This document shows positions 36,569-42,777 of a stretch of DNA of 42,777 nt, piece by piece. Below the pieces are notes generated by a model that saw only the letters and a list, made by a program, of their open reading frames with translations, did not search any database and was not told where the DNA came from. Position numbers and translations under genes: made by a program. Every line of letters begins with the position of its first letter. The first letter of the stretch is position 1. The DNA comes from a virus (taxonomy: Duplodnaviria > Caudoviricetes), in IMG/VR virus record IMGVR_UViG_3300025066_000054, positions 1 to 42,777 of that record; one strand, written 5' to 3'.

Positions 36569-36777
36569 CTCTCCAAGTTTTCAAGCCGCCGCCGTAAGTC
36601 GGCAAGCACCTTGTCTATGTGCCGCAGTTCTTCAAAAGTAACACAGACAATTGGATCAATTACATTGTCACATTCTTTAACCCACAAATTGAGAAGATTT
36701 TCTCGGAGTTTCTTCGCCCTGTACTCCCAAGTTTCGATCTCTGCTTTTGTATTTTCAATCTCTCCACACATACTCAT
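36565..36777 (-). CDS. Coiled-coil hypothetical protein
   Basis: MSMCGEIEN start; GAGG RBS. Confidence 0.65.
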   Translation of the reverse strand: MSMCGEIENTKAEIETWEYRAKKLRENLLNLWVKECDNVIDPIVCVTFEELRHIDKVLADLRRRLENLER

Positions 36778-36911
36778 TGATCCCTCGTCCTTTTATCATC
36801 AGCCCTGTGCCAGTCTAGAGCCTCAGACCGAGTGTTGAACGGGCCTATCCAGCCTTCAACATTCGGACTCGAACACCACCACAAACCGTCCTCTTTAAGT
36901 AGTCCCCACAT
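36774..36911 (-). CDS. 45-aa hypothetical protein (not in the ORF track)
   Basis: MWGLLKEDGLWW...GPFNTRSEALDW...; AGGAG/AAGGA RBS; ATGA coupling. Confidence 0.6.
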   Translation of the reverse strand: MWGLLKEDGLWWCSSPNVEGWIGPFNTRSEALDWHRADDKRTRDQ

Positions 36912-37041
36912 TTTATCCTTACTCCTCTCTATAACGCCCTCTCAGAAGCCTTCAGAGCCTCGCTGAGCAGCCTTCCCTAGTCTCAGGTTAGGGCCACCCC
37001 ACACAGAGCCTTACACTTCCTCGTTGGCTTGTTAAACAGCT

Positions 37042-37299
37042 TCATTCTGTATCAGTTATATACCCGTGAACAGTACAGCAATCCGTAGCTAGCCCGAATA
37101 ACGGATATGCTCTAAAATCGCCAGTGTCTAGTGAATCGCTGTCATAGTCCCAACAGATAACATCACCATATCGGGCTAAAAAGTCATCTAGCAGAGCCTC
37201 ATCGCTTTCTTCTATACCTGAAATATCACCATTGATAAGGGCTGACATAGCCCAACAAGGGAAATTGTCGAAAGTGTATTTTTGTTTAAGGCGGTTCAT
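37042..37299 (-). CDS. Acidic early protein
   Basis: 85 aa; TGATG coupling; LINGD.SG motif. Confidence 0.65.
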   Translation of the reverse strand: MNRLKQKYTFDNFPCWAMSALINGDISGIEESDEALLDDFLARYGDVICWDYDSDSLDTGDFRAYPLFGLATDCCTVHGYITDTE

Positions 37300-37490
37300 C
37301 AGTTTTCGTCCTTCTTTTCAAGTTCAAGAATTTCATTCAGTTTTACGACGAAATTTGGCCAACCATGATATTTAACAGTTGGTTCATTTGTGCCGTACCC
37401 GAAGCCGTTGACCTTGCGCCAAACCATAGGGGCACCAGATCTAGTTACTGCCCTAAATTTAATGCGGTCGCCCACTTTAATTGCTTGCAT
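37299..37490 (-). CDS. Early hypothetical protein
   Basis: GAGGAGG RBS; 63 aa. Confidence 0.65.
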   Translation of the reverse strand: MQAIKVGDRIKFRAVTRSGAPMVWRKVNGFGYGTNEPTVKYHGWPNFVVKLNEILELEKKDEN

Positions 37491-37506
37491 CTTCTATCCT
37501 CCTCTA

Positions 37507-37555
37507 GTTGGTTTATTCAGTGACACCCTTTTCAGAGTGTCACCAATAAATCAAC
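37507..37555 (-). promoter_or_regulatory. Long intergenic RNA hairpin, possible RNase III site
   Basis: GUUGAUUUAUUG-GUGACACUCU-GAAA-AGGGUGUCAC-UGAAUAAACCAAC; no U tract. Confidence 0.6.
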
Positions 37556-37566
37556 ACTATTGGCAA

Positions 37567-37947
37567 TTAAAAAGCTTCAAAAAGCGTGTTATCAATATCC
37601 ATGAGGTCTATACGATAGGATGCGGTGAATGCATCACCCCACCAGCTACCCTCGACCGTCTGTTTTTCCGTGTCGATCCAAATATTAGGGCCACCAAACG
37701 CCACCAATACCCTTGCCCCTTTATATGAGCGATCAGCATTTAGGATATAATTAATGTCTAGGACATCAGAAAGATAATCCCACCCGCTTATAACCTCCCC
37801 TTTTTCGTATTGCCCGTCATAATAGTCTAATCCTTCAGACTTATAGCCGTCCTCAATAATCTTAACGATATTCAAGACACTATCTTTTAAAAGGCCCATT
37901 TCATATGTAGAAATGTCCCTGTTGTGTGTTGTTGTTTCAGATAACAT
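37567..37947 (-). CDS. Acidic early protein
   Basis: 126 aa; AAGGAG RBS; VAFGGPNIWIDT motif. Confidence 0.7.
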   Translation of the reverse strand: MLSETTTHNRDISTYEMGLLKDSVLNIVKIIEDGYKSEGLDYYDGQYEKGEVISGWDYLSDVLDINYILNADRSYKGARVLVAFGGPNIWIDTEKQTVEGSWWGDAFTASYRIDLMDIDNTLFEAF

Positions 37948-37974
37948 AATAATATTACTCCTTCTTTGGTTGGT

Positions 37975-38319
37975 TTATTCAGTATGTGTCTGTGCAGTTA
38001 TACACGCAACTTGCACCTGACTTGCTGTTGCTGATATGTTCATGTCTCCGCATAAACAAAGGCCTGCCTGCGTTGCTGGGGTTCCTGAGGACCACTCAGA
38101 GGTACCTTCAAGAGTTGAAAGGTAATATCTGCTGACAAATCGACGCCCATAAAGCGTGATCCATTCCAGCTGTCTCTTCAGGTAGAACTCAACTAATGGT
38201 TCCCCTCCGTCCTCATATGTCAAGCAATCATTGAGTCCGTAGCGGTCGCCCTTAGTGATGATGCGAGCTTCTAGGTGGTCGCCTTGCTCATTTTTGCCCA
38301 AATCAATAAACTTTGTCAT
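37975..38319 (-). CDS. Early hypothetical protein
   Basis: 114 aa; GDRYG...PLVEFY...FVSRYY..TL; first gene of the - arm. Confidence 0.7.
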   Translation of the reverse strand: MTKFIDLGKNEQGDHLEARIITKGDRYGLNDCLTYEDGGEPLVEFYLKRQLEWITLYGRRFVSRYYLSTLEGTSEWSSGTPATQAGLCLCGDMNISATASQVQVACITAQTHTE

Positions 38320-38374
38320 GTCATTTTTCCTGTTCTGGTTTTGTTCACGTTCTAAATTTGTTCAGAGTGAGCCA

Positions 38375-38403
38375 TCGCTAACACAACTCATATGAGCTGT
38401 CAA
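38375..38403 (-). promoter_or_regulatory. Probable early promoter with palindromic spacer
   Basis: TTGACA-17 nt-TAGCGA with a TGn extension; CTCATATGAG palindrome in the spacer. Confidence 0.5.
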
Positions 38404-38637
38404 GTGTGCCTGTATAAATAGAATTAAAAAAGGGCCGAGAGTGTGTAGAATATACAATGAATACTGCACTGTAAGTGATTAGTAGCCACACTTGTAGTCG
38501 ATACCAACTCAGACCCCCATCCGCCCGCATCTGGTATATTTATTTCAAATCGTGGCGCTACCCCGGCAGGGGGTCTCGGGGGTTCCTATATATGTACAAC
38601 ACAACTGAATATTTTCTAGGAAAAATTATGACCTCTT

Positions 38638-38676
38638 AAAAAAAAAGAGGCACCACCCCTTGACAGGTGATACCTC
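38638..38676 (-). terminator. Intrinsic terminator
   Basis: GAGGUAUCACC/GGUGGUGCCUC 11-bp stem (two G-U pairs) followed by U9. Confidence 0.85.
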
Positions 38677-38690
38677 GGCGGGTATATACT
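38660..38690 (+). promoter_or_regulatory. Possible sigma70 promoter convergent with the small RNA
   Basis: TTGACA-17 nt-TATATA (TATACT at 19 nt spacing). Confidence 0.45.
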
Positions 38691-38744
38691 TATGTAGCAT
38701 TTGAACATAGATAAGTGTATAGGAACCCCGGAAGGGGTAATGAA

Positions 38745-38773
38745 ATTATACCTATGTTTGACAATGTTGTCAA
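38745..38773 (-). promoter_or_regulatory. Perfect consensus sigma70 promoter
   Basis: TTGACA-17 nt-TATAAT; the -35 lies in the palindrome TTGACAA-tg-TTGTCAA. Confidence 0.85.
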
Positions 38774-38826
38774 CAACTATTTTCACTTCTACCGAAAATA
38801 ATTTAAACTATACCCTAAAATAAGAC

Positions 38827-38856
38827 TTGACACCCCCTTTCTACCTGTGCTATACT
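38827..38856 (+). promoter_or_regulatory. Sigma70 promoter for the structural arm
   Basis: TTGACA-18 nt-TATACT with a TGn extension, 30 nt before the first gene. Confidence 0.75.
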
Positions 38857-38886
38857 TCTCCTTATAACTGCTAGGAGAACCCCCTT

Positions 38887-39414
38887 ATGCTATTTGGACC
38901 AGACAAGACTAAGACTATTAAAGGTGTTGTAAGGACTAAATCCTTATTTTATGAACTATCGTACACCGACACAACTCACGTCATCTTCACAACGAAAGAA
39001 GAAGATATAGAAGTAAAGGGTAAGACTTATCTCTCCCTTCATAAACTTTATCGTAGTTTGGTTTCTCACGACCCCACTGAGTATTCTTTTGCTACTGCTG
39101 TGTTTGGAAGTTGGCCCGTATGGGAAGTTATAAGAGAAGCCCCTCAACTTAAGGTCCATGTGGCAAAGTGGAGGAGAGAAGCGGAAGTAAAAGTCAAATC
39201 CGAGGCTATACTAGCTATTGCTGAAGAGATGAAGTCAAATGGCCGCAGTAGTTTCTCTGCGGCTAAACTTCTTTTAGACAGAGGGTGGATTGAAAAAGAC
39301 ACTGCCTCAAAGGCTAAGAAGAAGCTGAGAGAAAAAGAAGAAGAAGACTTGGACAGGGAAGCCATAAAACTTCTTGATGAAGACGCTAACAGACTAGGGT
39401 TAAAGGTGCATTGA
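38887..39414 (+). CDS. Hypothetical protein, possible terminase small subunit
   Basis: AGGAG RBS; 175 aa, helical; first gene of the structural arm. Function inferred from size and position only. Confidence 0.5.
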   Translation: MLFGPDKTKTIKGVVRTKSLFYELSYTDTTHVIFTTKEEDIEVKGKTYLSLHKLYRSLVSHDPTEYSFATAVFGSWPVWEVIREAPQLKVHVAKWRREAEVKVKSEAILAIAEEMKSNGRSSFSAAKLLLDRGWIEKDTASKAKKKLREKEEEDLDREAIKLLDEDANRLGLKVH

Positions 39415-39707
39415 TGGCTAAAAAACCTACTATAACAACTATTACCTCTGGTTATGCCTCGACAACTCAATTGAATAATAACTTTGAGGCTCTTAGGGAT
39501 TCCCTGGATAACACAGTCTCAAGAGATGGTAGCAGTCCTAACAGTATGTCGGCTGACTTGGACATGAATAGTAATGACATTCTAAATGCTGGAGGCCTTC
39601 AAATTGAGGGGACTGACATTTTCAGTATTGTTAAAAAGGTGACGGTGAGTACATCAGCGCCTTCAGGTGGATCAGACCAAGATATTTGGTTTAAGGTGGA
39701 CAGCTAA
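39411..39707 (+). CDS. Small virion/tail protein
   Basis: LNNNFE, SRDG..PN.M.ADLDMNSN and STSAPSGG..DIW motifs seen in fibre N-termini. Confidence 0.6.
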   Translation: MMAKKPTITTITSGYASTTQLNNNFEALRDSLDNTVSRDGSSPNSMSADLDMNSNDILNAGGLQIEGTDIFSIVKKVTVSTSAPSGGSDQDIWFKVDS

Positions 39708-39719
39708 AGGAGAAAACAA

Positions 39720-40112
39720 ATGGCGGCACTATCAGACTACGCAGAAAAACTACTACTGGATTGGATGATGACCACAGGGTCAGCCACTCGTCCGACTACT
39801 TGGTATGTAGCTCTATACACAGCGGCACCCTCAGACTCAGGCGGTGGTACAGAGCTATCTGGAAACGGATACGGAAGAGAGTCCGTTTCGTTTAATGCTG
39901 GTTCAAGCCCAGGTGGTACAACGTCTAACTCAGGTGCGGTAACCTTTACAGCCTCCGGCGGAAGTTGGGGTTCGGTGACGCACTTAGGTATCTTTGACGC
40001 ATCAACCTCAGGAAACCTCCTTTGGCATGGGGCCTTGACGGCAGCTAAGACTATCGCTGATGGAGATAGCCTACAATTCTCTATAGGAAATATCGACCTC
40101 ACTATTGCTTAA
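39720..40112 (+). CDS. Tail-associated structural protein
   Basis: YVALYTAAP...WG.VTH.GIFDA.T.GNLL motif; AAGGAG RBS. Confidence 0.7.
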   Translation: MAALSDYAEKLLLDWMMTTGSATRPTTWYVALYTAAPSDSGGGTELSGNGYGRESVSFNAGSSPGGTTSNSGAVTFTASGGSWGSVTHLGIFDASTSGNLLWHGALTAAKTIADGDSLQFSIGNIDLTIA

Positions 40113-40121
40113 GGATAGTCT

Positions 40122-42599
40122 ATGACTGTATTAGTTAATAGAGCTTGGATGAACACAAGCACGACAGGGACTGGTACTGTTACCTTAGGCTCTGCTGAGG
40201 AAGCGTACCAGTCTTTCGCTGATGCGGGGGTATCTAACGGAGACTCTGTTAGGTACGTTATCGAAGAAGCAAGTGCTTGGGAGATCGGGGTAGGCACCTA
40301 CACGTCTTCAGGGACCACTCTCTCAAGAACATTGATGGAGAGTAGTACAGGCAGTCTGCTTAGTCTCACAGGGACAGCTAAGGTGTTCATCCCTGTGTTG
40401 GCAGAAGATATTACAGACAACCCTACATTTGCAGGGCTGACTGTTGATGGTAACGCTACATTTGGTGATGATGACAAGTTAATCTTCGGTTCTGGCTCTG
40501 ACCTAGAGATTTACCACGATGGTAACCATTCCCGAATCCATGATGCGGGAACAGGCTCACTGTTAATTGATGGCGATGAAATTTACGTGCGAAGTTCTAC
40601 GGGCGAAAACAAAATAATTGCTGATACCGATGGCAGTGTTAATTTATTTTACGACAACTCAGTCAGACTGTCCACCACCAGCGATGGGGTGACTGTTGAT
40701 GGTAACGCTACATTCGGTGACAACGACAAAGCTATATTCGGTGCTGGGTCTGACCTACAGATTTATCACGATAGTGCAAGCGGTCAAAGCATCATACACG
40801 AGAATGGCCCTAGTGTTCTTAAAATTCGTGCTACTGATTTTCGTATATCTAATGCAGATAATACAGCGGATTATTTGTCTGCCAATAATGGGGCTGAAGT
40901 TAGCATTAGACACAATGGGGCAGTCAAACTGTCCACCACCAGCACAGGTGTAGACATTAGCGGGACTATCACCAGCGATGGGCTGACTGTAAATCCTACA
41001 ACTTCCGCTGAAATTAGCGGGGCGGTGTCTGGTGGTTACGTCTTAAAATTAGACAACACACACGCCACATCTGGCAATGGTCTGCGAATTGAAACACCAT
41101 CAACAGCATCTAACGAATATGGCCTAGTTGTTAAAAGCAATAACGGTTCTAATGATAATTTAGTTGTTAACAACAGTGGCCAAGTTGGAATAGGCTGTTC
41201 GCCTAAACGTCAATTGCACATCCACAATCCATCTGCCGCATCATCTAAATTACAAATTACAAACAGCACAACAGGTTCTAGCAGCGACGGAAAAGGTTTT
41301 CAGATAGGTATCGGCGGTGACGGCACTGCAAACATTGAACAGCGTGAAAATGTTGATTTGGTGTTTCACACAAACAACACAGAGCGTATGCGGCTGGATG
41401 CCAGCGGTCGTGTAGCTATTGGCAGTACGTCAGCACATGACTCTAATGCTGTTCTTACATTGTCAAAAAGCGGTGTTGCGGCAAGTGTACTCAAAAGCAC
41501 AACCAATTCAGTTACCTTTGCCGATGTTGTCAATGGTGCTACATCCGTAGCATACAGTGGTACAGCTAGTAATCACCCTTATTACTTTATGACAAACTCC
41601 ACGGAACGACTTCGCATCGACTCCAGCGGGCGGATTGGAATCGGAACAAGCTCGCCTAGTGCAGTTTTGCATTTGGGTGGTTCAAGTAACCAGACTATTC
41701 AAATTGATGGTTCTTCTAACACAGCATATTATGGCACAAATGGTGACAGAGGTGATCTGTTTGTAAACTATGACCCAACAAGCGGAACAATTCTCAATTC
41801 AGCAAGATCAACAGTCGGTATCCAAATGGATGGTGCTGACGGCGGTTCAAACATCGGGTTCAGAACCACAAACGCAAATAATGTACCATCATCAGAACGT
41901 ATGCGCATCGACTCTGATGGCAACTTGCTGGTGGGTAAGACTAGTCTTGATGGTGGTGCTAATACTGGTGTTGAATTTAAGTCAACTGGTGAAACTGCTA
42001 TAGCTAGAAGCGGTGGAGGCAACGGTCCTCTTTATGTTAATAGAATATCTAATGACGGTAACATTATTACTCTCGCCAAAGACGGCTCAACAGTAGGTAG
42101 TATTGGTAGTGATGGTGGTGATATGGTTGCTGGTACAGGAGACACGGGGCTACGCTTTGTAGATACCGACAATGCAATTGTACCTTGGAATATGTCTACT
42201 AACGCAGGGCGAGACAATGCTATCGACCTTGGAAAACCGGCTGAACGCTTTGACGACATCTACGCCACCAACGGCACTATTCAAACATCTGACCGTAACG
42301 AAAAGCAAGACATCGAAGAACTTACAGACGCAGAGCAGAGGGTTGCGGTAGCAGCTAAAGGTCTGCTGCGTAAGTTCCGCTGGAAGTCTGCCGTTGAAGA
42401 AAAAGGTGATGATGCTCGTACACACTTTGGCATCATAGCTCAAGACTTACAGGCAGCGTTTGCAGCAGAAGGTTTGGATGCAGGTGACTACGCCATGTTT
42501 ATATCAAGCACTTGGATTGACGAAAGCACTGGCGAAGAAAAATCACGTATGGGTGTTAGATACTCAGAGTTACTCGCATTCATTATCGGGGCAATTTAA
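40122..42599 (+). CDS. Long tail fibre, variant B, with C-terminal intramolecular chaperone (peptidase S74-like)
   Basis: [10 protein letters not shown] anchor domain, FGDxDK repeats, ERMR modules, and [10 protein letters not shown]...GIIAQD...VRYSEL. Confidence 0.9.
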   Translation: MTVLVNRAWMNTSTTGTGTVTLGSAEEAYQSFADAGVSNGDSVRYVIEEASAWEIGVGTYTSSGTTLSRTLMESSTGSLLSLTGTAKVFIPVLAEDITDNPTFAGLTVDGNATFGDDDKLIFGSGSDLEIYHDGNHSRIHDAGTGSLLIDGDEIYVRSSTGENKIIADTDGSVNLFYDNSVRLSTTSDGVTVDGNATFGDNDKAIFGAGSDLQIYHDSASGQSIIHENGPSVLKIRATDFRISNADNTADYLSANNGAEVSIRHNGAVKLSTTSTGVDISGTITSDGLTVNPTTSAEISGAVSGGYVLKLDNTHATSGNGLRIETPSTASNEYGLVVKSNNGSNDNLVVNNSGQVGIGCSPKRQLHIHNPSAASSKLQITNSTTGSSSDGKGFQIGIGGDGTANIEQRENVDLVFHTNNTERMRLDASGRVAIGSTSAHDSNAVLTLSKSGVAASVLKSTTNSVTFADVVNGATSVAYSGTASNHPYYFMTNSTERLRIDSSGRIGIGTSSPSAVLHLGGSSNQTIQIDGSSNTAYYGTNGDRGDLFVNYDPTSGTILNSARSTVGIQMDGADGGSNIGFRTTNANNVPSSERMRIDSDGNLLVGKTSLDGGANTGVEFKSTGETAIARSGGGNGPLYVNRISNDGNIITLAKDGSTVGSIGSDGGDMVAGTGDTGLRFVDTDNAIVPWNMSTNAGRDNAIDLGKPAERFDDIYATNGTIQTSDRNEKQDIEELTDAEQRVAVAAKGLLRKFRWKSAVEEKGDDARTHFGIIAQDLQAAFAAEGLDAGDYAMFISSTWIDESTGEEKSRMGVRYSELLAFIIGAI

Positions 42600-42621
42600 T
42601 GATCATTGAGGAGAATAACTA

Positions 42622-42777
42622 ATGGCAACTTGGAAGATTATACAAATCGAAATACTTAACAGCGAGGAGGATCAAAATCCTGCTGGTTGGGTGTTGAATA
42701 TTCACTATGACTGCACACAAGATGGTGGCCGAGTATACGGCTCTTTATCCATGCCTGCGCATGAGGAGGGTGGGGTA
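42622..42777 (+). CDS. Second copy (3'-partial) of the gene at 3095..3430
   Basis: Identical to 3095..3250 apart from one synonymous SNP. Confidence 0.85.
   Translation, partial: MATWKIIQIEILNSEEDQNPAGWVLNIHYDCTQDGGRVYGSLSMPAHEEGGV

Larger units (their letters stand above)
38638..38738 (-). ncRNA. Candidate ~100-nt three-hairpin small RNA
   Basis: Bounded by a consensus promoter and a terminator; no RBS-led ORF inside. Confidence 0.6.

Noticed and set aside
41822-42777. True terminal repeat of the virion DNA
   Set aside because: The redundancy falls mid-gene and encloses different sequences at the two ends, and a 78-nt exact overlap is compatible with an assembly k-mer. The likely termini are near 38.6 kb.

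Overview
The window is an essentially complete ~40-42 kb lytic podovirus genome, cut inside its tail-fibre gene. Its layout resembles cobaviruses (Zobellviridae; marine Rhodobacteraceae phages). The + arm runs from 38887 round to 25107 and carries tail fibres, terminase, portal, scaffold, capsid, tail tube, ejection proteins, amidase and spanin. The - arm runs from 38319 down to 25046 and carries early genes, primase-helicase, family A DNA polymerase, SSB, nucleases, a class II (B12) ribonucleotide reductase and tRNA-Arg. I recognised no RNA polymerase or integrase. Four things stand out. (1) The two ends carry two alternative tail-fibre C-terminal cassettes between shared flanks, switching at a nucleotide-conserved ERMRID repeat, which suggests module shuffling. 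(2) The DNA polymerase gene is split into two separately translated ORFs by an intron-less HNH gene containing ten 45-bp repeats. (3) A ~100-nt three-hairpin small RNA has a perfect sigma70 promoter and an intrinsic terminator. (4) An SbmA/BacA-like peptide importer is coupled to a secreted ClpP-fold protein. All family assignments come from motif recognition, not database searches.
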